Positions 38,355-49,232 of a DNA stretch of 64,000 nucleotides are shown here, piece by piece; the first letter of the stretch is position 1, and every line of letters begins with the position of its first letter. Source of the stretch: Nanobdellota archaeon. Lineage in GTDB: Archaea > Nanobdellota > Nanobdellia > CSSed11-243R1. The notes below the pieces were generated by a model. It saw nothing but the letters and a program-made list of their open reading frames with translations, had not been told where the DNA came from and searched no databases. The DNA is taken from assembly GCA_021162365.1 (NCBI GenBank), contig JAGGYW010000013.1, positions 8,960 to 72,959 of the forward strand, in the 5' to 3' direction. The translations under genes were made by a program, and so were the position numbers.

Positions 38355-38834
38355 GATTATCCAAAGTTTATAAAATACCTTTCATTTAAATATTATATGG
38401 GTAAAGTGTTTAAGGATGTTCCTATCGCAGAGATTACGCTAAGAAAGTTTGAGAGACCCAGTAACGAAGACAAGAAGGAATTAATTCGTAAGTTTTGCAT
38501 TTCTGTTGGACTTCTTCAGCCAGGAGATTCAAGAGATGTGATTGTAGATATAATTAATCTGCTTTTGGATGCAAGTAAACATCATGAGTTTATGACATCT
38601 AAGGAAATAGAGGATGAAATTAAAAAAATTAGAACAAAGGGAGTTGCACCATCAAATATACGACGTCAGCTTTTGAGATTGGAACGTACAGGATTTATCG
38701 AGAGGGTTAACGGGAGATATAGAATAAGGGAATTTATGAATTTAAGTGATTTGATAGATGAGATTAGGCGGTTTGTAGTTGAGCCAACACTTGAGAGAAT
38801 TAAAGAATACGCGAAGCGGATTGACAACATTTGA
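38349..38834 (+). CDS. Winged-helix DNA-binding protein (161 aa).
   Basis: RRQLLRLERTGFIERVNGRYRI winged-helix-like segment. Confidence 0.45.
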   Translation: MHDYPKFIKYLSFKYYMGKVFKDVPIAEITLRKFERPSNEDKKELIRKFCISVGLLQPGDSRDVIVDIINLLLDASKHHEFMTSKEIEDEIKKIRTKGVAPSNIRRQLLRLERTGFIERVNGRYRIREFMNLSDLIDEIRRFVVEPTLERIKEYAKRIDNI

Positions 38835-39125
38835 TTATCTGTCTGCTTTCTTGAATAACCTCATTGCCTTTGAAAGATGTTCTGCTATATCTCTTCCAAG
38901 AGGAGTTAGTTTAATTGTTTTTAGTCTGCCCTTTTTGTCAAACTCTACAAGCCCATGATCTTCCATGGTTTTTAGAATCCTTACAGTGTGAGAGTATGTG
39001 CAATCAACCTCTTTTGCAAGCACAGATGCATACCTTAGCTTGTGATCTTTTGCTAAATTTAGCAATATGTTTACTGGTTTTTTTCTTAAGAAAAATGAAT
39101 AGAGATTTTTTTTCTTAGCACCCAT
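38835..39125 (-). CDS. Small winged-helix transcriptional regulator (ArsR/MarR-like, 96 aa).
   Basis: ASVLAKEVDCTYSHTVRILKTMEDHGLVEFDKKGRLKTIKLTPLG. Confidence 0.55.
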   Translation of the reverse strand: MGAKKKNLYSFFLRKKPVNILLNLAKDHKLRYASVLAKEVDCTYSHTVRILKTMEDHGLVEFDKKGRLKTIKLTPLGRDIAEHLSKAMRLFKKADR

Positions 39126-39348
39126 ACTCTAAAGTTAAAATAGTTGCTTTAATAAATCTTTCGCAGCACCTTCTTAGAAAGAAGCTGCACCAAGAAAATC
39201 TTTCTCTTAAAAAGAAAGCTTAACTAAAGAAATTTTTTTCTCTTAATGCATGTTCTCTTTTCTAAAGAGAAAATGCTAAGAAACCTGCACTAAAGAAAGA
39301 ACATTTCACTTTTCTTTTTTGTAAAGCTTTTTAAGAAAAAGGTTTTAA
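39126..39348. repeat. Intergenic block packed with TTTCTT..AAGAAA mini-hairpins (cttcttagaaagaag; tctcttttctaaagaga) and the 22-nt repeat (39280-39301).
   Basis: Seen in sequence. Same motif family as the tRNA introns. Confidence 0.45.
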
Positions 39349-39422
39349 TGGGCCCGCTGGGATTTGAACCCAGGTCCCAGCCTCCGCAGGGCTGTATTCT
39401 ATCCAAGCTAAACTACGGGCCC
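39349..39422 (-). tRNA. tRNA-Arg (anticodon GCG). Intron-less. CCA not encoded.
   Basis: Manual cloverleaf. Acceptor GGGCCCG/CGGGCCC, anticodon arm CAGCC-CTGCGGA-GGCTG, T-arm CTGGG-TTCAAAT-CCCAG. Confidence 0.8.
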
Positions 39423-39503
39423 AAATTTAAAAAGCAGAGTTTGCTTTATAAATGTTGATTTATGCTTCTCTCCAGTGACGAAATCTTTTTAACTTAACTA
39501 TTT

Positions 39504-41135
39504 GTGTGTAATTGTATGGGTGCTCTTGGAGAAGAATGTGGTGTTCTCGCAGTTGTAGGTCCAGAGTATGCGATGGATGTTGTTGTTAAAAATTTGCGTT
39601 ATATTCAGAATAGGGGGCCACAATCCGCTGGAGCTGCTGGTTCAGATGAAGATGGAGATATAATTGTTTACAAAGGTGTTGGATTAGTCAAGGATGTTTT
39701 TAAAAAATATCCATTTAGGATGTTCCATGGTAGTGCTGCAATTGGTGGCACACGTTATTCTACAGTTGGTGGAGATTTAGAAAGAGATGCGAAACCTATT
39801 GTGAGGTATATAAAATTGCCAACTGGCGAGAAAATAAATTTATCTGATGCGTATAGAATCGAGAAGCCAATCCATTTGGAGGATGTTTTGCAAATAGCAG
39901 TTGACCATAATGGTAATGATCCTTTCTTTACTGAGGTGAGAGATGAAGCAGAGAAGAAAGGTGTTACTTTTGGGAGTGAAAATGATGTGGAGGGGTTTGT
40001 ATACAGACAGGCTGAGTACTTAGTTGAACAGCATAATGAGAATCCTTATTTAGATATAGATGATGAGGTAATTTTTAACTCGATAAAATACGCTGCGGAA
40101 AGGTGGCAAGGTTCGATAAGCCTAGTGGAATTAGTTAATGGTGAGGTGTGGGTATACAGAGAACCAAAGGGGATAAAACCGCTTGTTTGGGGATATAAAG
40201 AATTAGATTGGGGAAAGATGTTTATGATTTCATCTGAATCCCTTCCACTTACTCAAGAAGGTGTTGAGTTAGAGAATATTTTCTCCTTCCCACTAGGATA
40301 TATTGGTGTGTTTAAAGATGAAGATGTAGATATTAAAAGGTTATTTGATCCGGATCCAAAATATTGTTCATTTGAGTGGGCTTATTTTGCGAATCAGTTA
40401 TCCGTAATTAATGGTGTGCCTGTGGCTAAATTTAGAGGAGATAACCTAAGTCAACTTATAGCAGAAGATATTAGGTCTCTTGGAAAGAGAGTTGATGCAG
40501 TTACAGCAGTTCCAGAAACAGCGGAGCTTTATGCATTTTCACTTGCGCATATCCTTGGAGTTCCTTATGTGAAGCTTATCATTAGGAATAGGGATTATTC
40601 AAAGAGAGCATTTCAGCTTTTAGATAGCGAAAGAAAAGATGCATACAACCTTAAGTATTTGATAACTCCTTTTGAATTAGAAAATATCAAACATCTTGTC
40701 ATAGTAGACGATAGTATCGTTAGAGGAGAAACGTTAGGTAAGTTAGTTAAAAAGATTAGAGAAATGCATCCTGAGCTGGAGGAGATTGGGGTTTATTCAG
40801 CGTTTTTCAAAATTACAAATATTTGTCCATATGGCATTGACATGCAAAGGAGAAGCAAGTTAATTGGATATGATTTTGAAAAAGGGAGAGAAAGAAGCGA
40901 AGAAGAAATAGCAAAAATACTGGGAGTTGATTGGGTTAGGTATGCAACACCAGATATGTATGAAAAGGCCCTTGTTGTGAAGAGTAAAGATGGGAGTATA
41001 CAATATAGTATCTCAAAAGAGCACCTATGTTTGGGTTGTAGTTTAGGGCAATATCCTCTGCCTATAAGCGAAGAAGATTTAGAGAGATTAGCAAGGGAGA
41101 GAGAAGAAGCCCATTCTATTTCTTCAAATAAATAG
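39504..41135 (+). CDS. purF: Amidophosphoribosyltransferase-like (class II Ntn glutamine amidotransferase plus PRTase domain). Divergent, with a short N-terminal propeptide and insertions (543 aa).
   Basis: Catalytic Cys in ...GEECGVLAVVG. PRPP-binding loop LVIVDDSIVRGETLGKLV. Confidence 0.7.
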   Translation: MCNCMGALGEECGVLAVVGPEYAMDVVVKNLRYIQNRGPQSAGAAGSDEDGDIIVYKGVGLVKDVFKKYPFRMFHGSAAIGGTRYSTVGGDLERDAKPIVRYIKLPTGEKINLSDAYRIEKPIHLEDVLQIAVDHNGNDPFFTEVRDEAEKKGVTFGSENDVEGFVYRQAEYLVEQHNENPYLDIDDEVIFNSIKYAAERWQGSISLVELVNGEVWVYREPKGIKPLVWGYKELDWGKMFMISSESLPLTQEGVELENIFSFPLGYIGVFKDEDVDIKRLFDPDPKYCSFEWAYFANQLSVINGVPVAKFRGDNLSQLIAEDIRSLGKRVDAVTAVPETAELYAFSLAHILGVPYVKLIIRNRDYSKRAFQLLDSERKDAYNLKYLITPFELENIKHLVIVDDSIVRGETLGKLVKKIREMHPELEEIGVYSAFFKITNICPYGIDMQRRSKLIGYDFEKGRERSEEEIAKILGVDWVRYATPDMYEKALVVKSKDGSIQYSISKEHLCLGCSLGQYPLPISEEDLERLAREREEAHSISSNK

Positions 41136-41682
41136 GCAGAAATGCTTCAAAGAGCAAGTATCTCTTTGAGTTTACATCTTCTTTAATTAGTTCAAAATCC
41201 TTTTTCTTTGTTAGATAAAATGGAGAGTGTAATCCAACAATCATATTTTTGTCTTTAACAATTTTTCTTTTGTTTTTGGAAACTACATCTGAATCAATTA
41301 AATACACAATGTTTATTTTTGTTAGGTCTTTTTTCATTTTTTTAAAGACAGCATGGATTGCTTCTAACTGGTTTGATGGAATACAAATCGATAGCAAGTT
41401 TGCTTTTCCATTATAAAGTTTGATTTTATCTTCTAAGATTTTCTTCCTTGGTTTCAAATGGACTTCAATTATTTCTGTGAAAGTCATCCCCTTGTATTCC
41501 CATTTCAGAAAAAGGTCTGCAACGCCCTTTCCAATCTTTTTTTCTGCTTCGATATCAATTAGCTTTCTGTTGAATGGGTCTTGGCCCTCGAGAAATAAAA
41601 GAGCAAGTATTTTTTGATAATAATTGTGTATCTTCGTGCTTGGATTTTTGTCTATTTTTTTACAAATTTCCTTAAAATTCAT
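41116..41682 (-). CDS. Hypothetical protein (188 aa).
   Basis: ORF track only. Confidence 0.4.
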   Translation of the reverse strand: MNFKEICKKIDKNPSTKIHNYYQKILALLFLEGQDPFNRKLIDIEAEKKIGKGVADLFLKWEYKGMTFTEIIEVHLKPRKKILEDKIKLYNGKANLLSICIPSNQLEAIHAVFKKMKKDLTKINIVYLIDSDVVSKNKRKIVKDKNMIVGLHSPFYLTKKKDFELIKEDVNSKRYLLFEAFLPIYLKK

Positions 41683-41742
41683 ATAACAATTTTAGAACTT
41701 GTTTTTTAAAATACTTTTCAAAAAATAAAAAAGAAAGAAATA

Positions 41743-42492
41743 TTATATTGCACAGCAAGTTCTTATGTCAATTAGTGTGTCTGTAAATTCAAATAAATCT
41801 GTTCTATCTGAGTCAATTAAATGTATAAACATTGGCTCTGGTGTGTATCCCACATATGTTACTAGCGAGTCTGTTGCTCTTAGTGTTCCTTGAAATACAA
41901 CGGGGTCCTCTCCACCGCGGAGATATATTCCTCCACCGCCCCCACCGCCTTCAAGCGAAACTATGAGGTTGTCTCCGTTAATCTCTGCTATAATAGGCTC
42001 ATTTGCAAGGCCCCATACTGGTATTATTATTGCATGGTCTATGTCGACATGTTCTGTCGTTGTTCCTATAATTGGTGCTAGTTCATCTCCATGTGGGAGG
42101 ATGATGTAATCTTTGTGTAGAGTAACTAACAATGTTTCATTTTCTAGAGGGATAAATATTGCTCTCTTGTTGTTAGTTATTTTTAAGTCATCAAATACTT
42201 TATACGGTATTGTGATTATCTTGTGCACAAAGTGTATCTCTGGTCTTTCCCCCTCGAACGGCACTATAAATATTGCACTATCGTTTATAGGTACAATTAC
42301 TGGTCTCCCATCGAATGGAATCACTAATGGTATTTTGCTATATTCAACTGGAACTACCCAAGCTTTGTCCGTATTCTCTGGTAACGTTACTGGGTTGCCC
42401 AATCCTGTTGCATCACACATGTAATCCAATGCGTTTGTTGCTGCAAAACTTAGCACAAGCACAATTCCTAACAGAAAAATTTTGGATTTCAT
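41743..42492 (-). CDS. Secreted protein. Start corrected to MKSKIFLLGIVLVLSFAATNA signal peptide. Contains a G7 tract. Ends ...RTCCAI.
   Basis: ORF track and signal-peptide inspection. Confidence 0.5.
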   Translation of the reverse strand: MKSKIFLLGIVLVLSFAATNALDYMCDATGLGNPVTLPENTDKAWVVPVEYSKIPLVIPFDGRPVIVPINDSAIFIVPFEGERPEIHFVHKIITIPYKVFDDLKITNNKRAIFIPLENETLLVTLHKDYIILPHGDELAPIIGTTTEHVDIDHAIIIPVWGLANEPIIAEINGDNLIVSLEGGGGGGGIYLRGGEDPVVFQGTLRATDSLVTYVGYTPEPMFIHLIDSDRTDLFEFTDTLIDIRTCCAI

Positions 42493-42594
42493 ACATTCAC
42501 TAAGTGAAGTTCTTTTTATTTTTTTATGTGGAAATAAAAGCCTATTTTTTGTCCAAAAGTTTATATTGCCACAGACATTAGATAGATTGGGGAA

Positions 42595-43791
42595 ATGATA
42601 AGCCACTTTGACGAAAAATTACTCAAGTTTATTTATCATCTTTCAAGAGAGCAAAGATACCTAAATTCTATTGAGGCGGCAGAATATCTTTCTAACAAGG
42701 GCATTAAAGTTACGGATAGGACCGTTAGGAGATGGTTTGATTTCTTAAAAAGTGTTGGGTTCCAATATTTTCCATCTCCCAAATACGACTCTATTGGTTT
42801 AGATTATGCAGTTGTAATATTATTTGGTGTTAAAAATGAGGGTGTATTTGATATAATTCCTTATGACATGTATATTGATAAGGTTATGAGTTTATCTCAC
42901 TGTAAGCATGCATATGTATGTTACTATTCTGTTCCATTTGGAAAGATGAATCAGTTTAAGGAGTTTTGGAGTACAGCGAAGAAGATGGGGATAGTCAAAG
43001 ATTTTATCTTACTAGAGTCTAAGGCAGCCACATTTATTTTCTCCCCATTTCATAAAGTTATAACTAATGGGGTTATCTCTTTTGAGAAAGTGGATGAAAA
43101 AGACAATGAGCACTTCATTAAATTGCTTGAAGAAAACATGAAATACACACCATCTTTAGATCCACATCCGTTGGTGAAGAAAAATCCCTTTTTAGTTCCT
43201 GTTCTTCTTGAGTACTACAGGAAGCATGTATCTTCAATTGATGTATGGAACAACCTAAAGGAAAAACTTGGGGATAGAGTATGGAAGGAATACTTACATA
43301 GGTTTAGACGGAAGTCCTCTGATGGCAGAGGTGTCTTTTTTGTCCAGCAGGCGTTGAAGCTATTAAAGAATAACTCTGATTTTGTTCAACAGATGCGGGT
43401 GATATATGATATGATTTATATCTCACACAACATAGCAATGATGTATGCATATGTTAAGCTTAGAAAAATAGAGGATGTTGTTGAGCTGGCAAGGAAAATT
43501 TCAAAGTATGGTGTCCATGTTAATATTTCCTTGCCGCGTGATAATTCAAAGAAAGAGGTTTTATTTTACATAGTGACTAACAACAAAAGTATTGTTAAAA
43601 TCGTAGGCACATGCCTGGAGTTTGCTCGCGCACGCCCTTACATTTTCATTAATGACTTTGACTACTCAAAGAAATTTTGGAATGAGGAAAGGTTTAGCTT
43701 AGATTATGCTAATCTTTTTGATCCGCGTACCTGTAGTTGGAGGTATTCGCATGAAGTATATATATCTAAGTTAAAGGAGCTTGCTTCTTGA
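42595..43791 (+). CDS. HTH protein (398 aa). N-terminal Lrp/AsnC-like wHTH followed by RAM/ACT-like repeats.
   Basis: KLLKFIYHLSREQRYLNSIEAAEYLSNKGIKVTDRTVRRWFDFL, then IGLDYAVVILFGVKNEG. Confidence 0.45.
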   Translation: MISHFDEKLLKFIYHLSREQRYLNSIEAAEYLSNKGIKVTDRTVRRWFDFLKSVGFQYFPSPKYDSIGLDYAVVILFGVKNEGVFDIIPYDMYIDKVMSLSHCKHAYVCYYSVPFGKMNQFKEFWSTAKKMGIVKDFILLESKAATFIFSPFHKVITNGVISFEKVDEKDNEHFIKLLEENMKYTPSLDPHPLVKKNPFLVPVLLEYYRKHVSSIDVWNNLKEKLGDRVWKEYLHRFRRKSSDGRGVFFVQQALKLLKNNSDFVQQMRVIYDMIYISHNIAMMYAYVKLRKIEDVVELARKISKYGVHVNISLPRDNSKKEVLFYIVTNNKSIVKIVGTCLEFARARPYIFINDFDYSKKFWNEERFSLDYANLFDPRTCSWRYSHEVYISKLKELAS

Positions 43792-44731
43792 ATAATTTGA
43801 TGACTTCTATTCTGGAGTAATTGTCGTTTTTTGCAAGAGCATAGAATTCATAATCCCCTATTCTTCCATTTGAATACACACTTGAATGATTTGTATTAAA
43901 CTCAAATTTTTCTATAACTCCATTGCTCCCGGAAATTTCTCTGTAAAAAGAGGTTACTAGCTCTGGAAATTTGTTGTAGTAATATGCAGTATCTGGGTTT
44001 GAGGAGGAAGGATATGCAATACTTAAGATGTAGCTATTGTTGCAGCGAAATAAATATTCTTTGAAGGTTGGTGTTTCAATTTTATCTTCAATGTCGCAAG
44101 GAAATGTTTTAGCGTAAATTTCCTTTGGGATAAATAGAGAGATCAATAACGATATGGCTACTACTATTGCTAATATAGCAAAGCTTCCCTTTAAGTTAAA
44201 CTCTTTTTTGTACATAGTAATTAAAAATGCGCCCCCGATTAGTCCGAAAATGTGTGCAGATTGAGCTATGTTGTCTACCCCAAAGAATGATATTACTTCT
44301 GTTATTCCCCAGATGATTGCTGCTACAGCGAGAGGAAATGGTCCAAACTGAGTGAATACAATTTGTTTTGGTTTTAGTACTGCCGCCGCTCCCATTAATC
44401 CAAATATAGCTCCACTTGCCCCAAGCGCCGGAATAAAAGGATTTGACAGTAGCATGTACCCAATGTTCCCAATGATGCCTGATATTAGGAATAATAATAC
44501 CCACTTCAGCTTTGGGATTTCTGTTTCTACAATTAAGCCAAAAATTAGGAGTCCAATTGAGTTAAGTAGGAGGTGATGTACATTTGCATGCATAAATATG
44601 GAAGTAACAAGTATGTATGGTTTGCTTAATACCTCTGCCGGCATGAAAGCAAAGGAGTCGTTAATTACTCCAATCTGTTGTAATCCGAAGACGAGAATTA
44701 TTAAAAAAATTGTTAAGTATGTTACTTTCAT
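43766..44731 (-). CDS. Rhomboid-family intramembrane serine protease with a C-terminal extracytoplasmic domain.
   Basis: GASGAIFGLMGA (catalytic Ser) and AHIFGLIGGAF (catalytic His). About 7 TM helices. Confidence 0.75.
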   Translation of the reverse strand: MKVTYLTIFLIILVFGLQQIGVINDSFAFMPAEVLSKPYILVTSIFMHANVHHLLLNSIGLLIFGLIVETEIPKLKWVLLFLISGIIGNIGYMLLSNPFIPALGASGAIFGLMGAAAVLKPKQIVFTQFGPFPLAVAAIIWGITEVISFFGVDNIAQSAHIFGLIGGAFLITMYKKEFNLKGSFAILAIVVAISLLISLFIPKEIYAKTFPCDIEDKIETPTFKEYLFRCNNSYILSIAYPSSSNPDTAYYYNKFPELVTSFYREISGSNGVIEKFEFNTNHSSVYSNGRIGDYEFYALAKNDNYSRIEVIKLFKKQAPLT

Positions 44732-44775
44732 GCGAAAAGAAAAACTTTAATTTATTTTAAACCTTTACACATGGC

Positions 44776-46068
44776 ATGAAGAAGCTCTTGTTTATTGTGA
44801 TTGATGGGGGTGCCGATACTCCACATCCAGACATTAACGGAAGAACTGCATTTGAAGCTGCTAATATACCTAATATTGACTTCTTGGCTCGAAATGGTAG
44901 AAATGGTGTCCTTCGCATTCTCCCCGTACCTCCAGAGAGTGATGAGGCTGTGCTTTCTCTTCTAGGATATGATGTTTTTAAAGTGTATACAGGTAGAGGT
45001 CCTCTTGAAGCAGTTGGTGGTGGAGTGAGATTTAAGGATGGTGATCTTGCACTGAGATGTAATTTCGGTACTGTCGAGGGGGATACAATCGTTAACATAA
45101 GGGCTGGTGGGCTGACCCCAAAAGAAGCAAAAGAGCTGGAGCGTGCAATTAAGCAGTATGTTTCTCTTACGGATGCAGAATATGAGTTTAAAGCAACTGC
45201 GGGATATAGGGGTGTTCTTGTTATAAAATCTAGGGAAGAGCTTTCTCCAAAGATAAGTAATACTCATCCCGCGTATAAACTCCACTTTTTTGATGTTACA
45301 TGGAGTAGAGACGGTTTCATAAAATCAATACCTCTTAGCGAGGCGTTGAGTGAGCCTGTTTTAAAACTTCAAAAGTGCGTTCCGTTGGAAAAAAGCAAGG
45401 CTGCAGCAACTTCTGCAAGATTGGTAAATGAATTTATAGAAAAAAGTAGGCTTGTTTTAGAGACTCATCCAATAAACAAAAGGCGGGTTAAGGAAGGAAA
45501 ACCTCCAGCGAATATAGTTTTGGTTAGGGATGCAGGGACTGCCTTGCCAAAGTTATATAATTTAAGCAAAACATTTGGTGTAAGGTGGGCATCATTTGTA
45601 GACATGCCTGTCGAGAGAGGGATTGCTCAGCTTACAGGTATGGATGTGATACCCATCCCCCCTTTGTCAGGGGATGCAAGAAAAGATATGACAATAAGAG
45701 TGCTCACGTTGCTTAAAAATCTGAATTTTTACGACGCATTTTATATTCATTTAAAAGGACCAGATGAATTTGCTCACCTAAAAGATATAGAAGGAAAAAT
45801 AAAGTCTATAGAAGCGATTGATGAATATTTCTTTAGACCGTTGTTAAAAAATATTGATTTAATGAATACAATTGTTGTTGTAACTTGCGATCACACCACA
45901 TCCACAGAAAAAGGGATCCACACAAATGATCCGGTCCCAATTACTATATTTGGAAGTGGTTTACCTGACCACATTCCAGAATTTTCTGAGAAGAGTTGCA
46001 GTAAGGGTAGCTTGGGTTCTACTGATGGTAGAAGATTGATGGGTTATTTGATGAAGCTAATAAAATGA
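44776..46068 (+). CDS. apgM: 2,3-bisphosphoglycerate-independent phosphoglycerate mutase, archaeal type.
   Basis: MKKLLFIVIDGGADTPH... metalloenzyme superfamily. ~430 aa, typical of ApgM. Confidence 0.85.
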   Translation: MKKLLFIVIDGGADTPHPDINGRTAFEAANIPNIDFLARNGRNGVLRILPVPPESDEAVLSLLGYDVFKVYTGRGPLEAVGGGVRFKDGDLALRCNFGTVEGDTIVNIRAGGLTPKEAKELERAIKQYVSLTDAEYEFKATAGYRGVLVIKSREELSPKISNTHPAYKLHFFDVTWSRDGFIKSIPLSEALSEPVLKLQKCVPLEKSKAAATSARLVNEFIEKSRLVLETHPINKRRVKEGKPPANIVLVRDAGTALPKLYNLSKTFGVRWASFVDMPVERGIAQLTGMDVIPIPPLSGDARKDMTIRVLTLLKNLNFYDAFYIHLKGPDEFAHLKDIEGKIKSIEAIDEYFFRPLLKNIDLMNTIVVVTCDHTTSTEKGIHTNDPVPITIFGSGLPDHIPEFSEKSCSKGSLGSTDGRRLMGYLMKLIK

Positions 46069-46319
46069 TAGAAGATATCATCAGAAAATATGGAAAGATA
46101 GTTGAAAAAGATGGGAATACTTTTTTATTAGAAACCTCTGGATTTGATATCGAATCTCTTGAAAAAGAACTTGGGGTTTACTCTGTTGAAATTGTGGAAC
46201 AGAAAGGTAGCTTGGTTAGAATAAAACTAAAACGCGATTTACTTAAAGAGTTCCAGAATCAAATTAAGAAATATAATGAAGATGTTCCGCCAGAAGATTT
46301 GAGGTATATGGATGATTGA
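46065..46319 (+). CDS. Small hypothetical protein (84 aa).
   Basis: ORF track. Start/stop coupling with neighbouring genes. Confidence 0.35.
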   Translation: MIEDIIRKYGKIVEKDGNTFLLETSGFDIESLEKELGVYSVEIVEQKGSLVRIKLKRDLLKEFQNQIKKYNEDVPPEDLRYMDD

Positions 46320-46986
46320 GATGAAGCTTGCAATTGTAAGTAAATTTGAAAGCGAAGCTATTGCTGCGGCAAAAAAATATTTTACCATAGTTAGTTATAA
46401 TCCTGATTTTGTTCTTGCGTATGGTGGAGATGGCACTTTGCTTTTTGCAGAAGAGTTGTATCCAAATGTTCCAAAGATTTTTGTCAAGCATAAATCAAGC
46501 TGTAGTGGGTGCAAACTTCTTGATTTGGAAAAAGTACTTAAGAAGGTTGCGAATGGAGAATATAAATTAAAAGAATTGGTAAAATTAGAAGCTGAAGTAA
46601 ATGGTAAGAAAATGGTTGCATTAAATGATGTAAATATCCACTATTCTCCTCCAGAGGCCTTGAGATTTTTTGTTTATGTTAATAACAAAAAAGTAAATGG
46701 TGAATTCATTGGGGATGGCGTTGTCGTTGCTACACCATTTGGTTCCTCGGCTTATTTTAAGTCAATAACAAGGGGAACATTCAGTAAAGGAATTGGAATT
46801 GCGTTTAATAATACAACTAATCCTCAAAAGCCAAAGGTTGTTGGAGAGAATTCAAAAATTGTTGTTAAAATAACCCGTGGTAGTGGTGTTGTTGTTGCTG
46901 ATAATCAAAAGCCAATTAAAATCAAAAAAGGAGACAAAATAAAAATCAAAAAATACAAGACAAGGGCAAAGTTAGTTGTTATATAA
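46312..46986 (+). CDS. nadK: NAD(+) kinase (short form).
   Basis: GGDGTLL and [11 protein letters not shown]-like motifs. Confidence 0.7.
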   Translation: MIEMKLAIVSKFESEAIAAAKKYFTIVSYNPDFVLAYGGDGTLLFAEELYPNVPKIFVKHKSSCSGCKLLDLEKVLKKVANGEYKLKELVKLEAEVNGKKMVALNDVNIHYSPPEALRFFVYVNNKKVNGEFIGDGVVVATPFGSSAYFKSITRGTFSKGIGIAFNNTTNPQKPKVVGENSKIVVKITRGSGVVVADNQKPIKIKKGDKIKIKKYKTRAKLVVI

Positions 46987-48217
46987 TGCCTTTCAACTTC
47001 ATGGCATCAACAACTCTTTTCATTGCAATCATGTATGCCGCTGTTCTATTGTCAACTTTTTCTTTTTCTGCCATTTTCACCATCTGTGAAAATGCGCTTG
47101 TTAGCTTTTCGTCTAATCTCTTGTCGACTTCTTCTTCGCTCCAATAGTCGCCTGTTCTGTTTTGCACCCATTCAAAGTAACTCACAATGACACCACCAGC
47201 GTTGCAAAGTATGTCTGGGATTAGGAACTTTCCATTTTTGTATAATATCTCGTCTGCCTCTGGTGTTGTTGGACCATTTGCTGCCTCGGCAATAATCTTT
47301 GCCTTTATCTTGTCCGCGTTATCTTTTGTTATCTGGTTTTCCAGAGCTGCTGGAATTAGTATATCACATTCAAGCTCAAGTAATTCCTCGTTTGAAATTT
47401 CCTTTGTTCCTTCAAGCCCCTTTAATGAACCTATTTCCTGCTTGTGCTTAATTGCTTTTTCGACGGAAATCCCATCTGGATTGTAAATTCCACCTTTTGA
47501 ATCAGAGAGGGCAATTATTTTTGCACCCATCTGTTCAAGCGACTTTGCTACATACATACCTACATTCCCAAAGCCTTGTATGGCGACCTTTGCACTATTT
47601 AGCTCAAGTCCAATTTTCTTTGCTGCTTCCCTTATATTGATTGCAACTCCAAACCCAGTTGCTTTTGTTCTTCCCTTGCTTCCTCCAACTTCAAGTGGCT
47701 TTCCAGTAATAACTGCTGGGGAATTTTTCCTTACTATTTTTTCGTATTCGTCGAGCATCCACGCCATTGTTTGTGGATTTGTATAAACATCTGGAGCTGG
47801 AATGTCTTTATCTGGGCCAATGAATTCTGCAATCTGCCTGATATATCCCCTGCTTAGTCTCTCTAACTCTGCTTGACTCATTTCTTTTGGATTGCAAATA
47901 ATTCCGCCCTTTGCACCACCAAATGGTATATCTGCAATTGCACATTTCCAAGTCATCCAGGCAGCCAACGCTTTTACAGTATCAAGACTTTCATTTGGAT
48001 GGTATCTTATCCCCCCTTTTGTTGGCCCACGAGCATTGTTATACTGAACTCTAAATCCTGTAAAGGTTTTAATTGAGCCATCATCCATTTTTATTGGGAT
48101 TCTTACTTGTAGGATTCTCATTGGCTCTTTTAGAGTTTCAACTACGTTCTTATCCAAGTTTAGTTTTTCAGCAGTCTTTTCAATTTGTTTTTGTGCATTT
48201 GAGAATGGATTTTCCAT
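46979..48217 (-). CDS. gdhA: Glutamate dehydrogenase (NAD(P)). Start corrected to MENPFSNAQ.
   Basis: K-region PFGGAKGGI. Rossmann GFGNVG. Confidence 0.9.
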   Translation of the reverse strand: MENPFSNAQKQIEKTAEKLNLDKNVVETLKEPMRILQVRIPIKMDDGSIKTFTGFRVQYNNARGPTKGGIRYHPNESLDTVKALAAWMTWKCAIADIPFGGAKGGIICNPKEMSQAELERLSRGYIRQIAEFIGPDKDIPAPDVYTNPQTMAWMLDEYEKIVRKNSPAVITGKPLEVGGSKGRTKATGFGVAINIREAAKKIGLELNSAKVAIQGFGNVGMYVAKSLEQMGAKIIALSDSKGGIYNPDGISVEKAIKHKQEIGSLKGLEGTKEISNEELLELECDILIPAALENQITKDNADKIKAKIIAEAANGPTTPEADEILYKNGKFLIPDILCNAGGVIVSYFEWVQNRTGDYWSEEEVDKRLDEKLTSAFSQMVKMAEKEKVDNRTAAYMIAMKRVVDAMKLKGII

Positions 48218-48305
48218 CTTAGAATCGCCCCCTTGAGATTGGATAGTAAGAGTAAATAATATATATTTAAAAATATTGCTCTTTTCAAATAGCGGGGTGA
48301 TAAAT

Positions 48306-49232
48306 ATGTATGACATGCTTATAATTGGTGGCGGACCTGCAGGACTTTCTGCGGCAATTTATGCAAATAGGTATAAGATGAAAAACATAGTTATAACAAG
48401 AGAAAGGTATGGTCTTCTTGCAATGACACATTTGGTTGAGAATTGGCCGGGTGAAATTAAGATTTCTGGGATGGATTTAATGAAAAAACTTGAGAAGCAT
48501 GCCTTAGCTCTTGGAAGCGAGATTGTAGATGATGAAGTGGTTAGAATAAATAAACAGGATGATGGTAATTTTAAGGTAATCACAAAAAGCGGCAAGGAAT
48601 ACGAAGCCAAAACTGTTTTAATTGCAATTGGTATGGAAAGAAGAAAGTTAAATGTTCCCGGAGAAAAAGAGTATTTGAATCGCGGTGTAAGTTATTGTGC
48701 AACTTGTGATGGTGCGTTATTTACTGGGAGAGTTGTTGCTGTAATTGGTGGAAGTGACTCTGCTGCAAAAGAAGCTTTACTATTGACGCAATATGCAAAA
48801 AAAGTTTACATAATTTACCGCGGGGAACAAATTCATCCAGAGCCATTAAATATGGAAGCAGTTATGAAAAAAGTTGAAGAAGGAAAAATAGAGATAATTA
48901 ATAATGCAAATGTTAAGGAGATAAAAGGGAATGGCAGCGTTGTTACCGGTGTTGTTCTTGATAGAGAATATAATGGTTCAAATGAACTTCCACTTGATGG
49001 TGTTTTCGTTGAGATTGGGAGCGTGCCAAATGATGCAATTCTTAAGCCACTTGGTGTTGAATTAGATGCAAAGGGGCATATTAAAATAAACAGGAGAGCA
49101 GAAACGAATATACCCGGAGTTTATGCTGCAGGAGATATCGTTGATGATCCATTCCCTAAGCAAGCAATAACTGGAGCAGCAGAGGGGGCAATTGCCGTTA
49201 TGTGTGCATTTGAGTATTTACATAAGCGATAG
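48306..49232 (+). CDS. trxB: Thioredoxin-disulfide reductase.
   Basis: FAD GGGPAG, redox CATCDG, NAD(P) GGSDSA motifs. Confidence 0.85.
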   Translation: MYDMLIIGGGPAGLSAAIYANRYKMKNIVITRERYGLLAMTHLVENWPGEIKISGMDLMKKLEKHALALGSEIVDDEVVRINKQDDGNFKVITKSGKEYEAKTVLIAIGMERRKLNVPGEKEYLNRGVSYCATCDGALFTGRVVAVIGGSDSAAKEALLLTQYAKKVYIIYRGEQIHPEPLNMEAVMKKVEEGKIEIINNANVKEIKGNGSVVTGVVLDREYNGSNELPLDGVFVEIGSVPNDAILKPLGVELDAKGHIKINRRAETNIPGVYAAGDIVDDPFPKQAITGAAEGAIAVMCAFEYLHKR

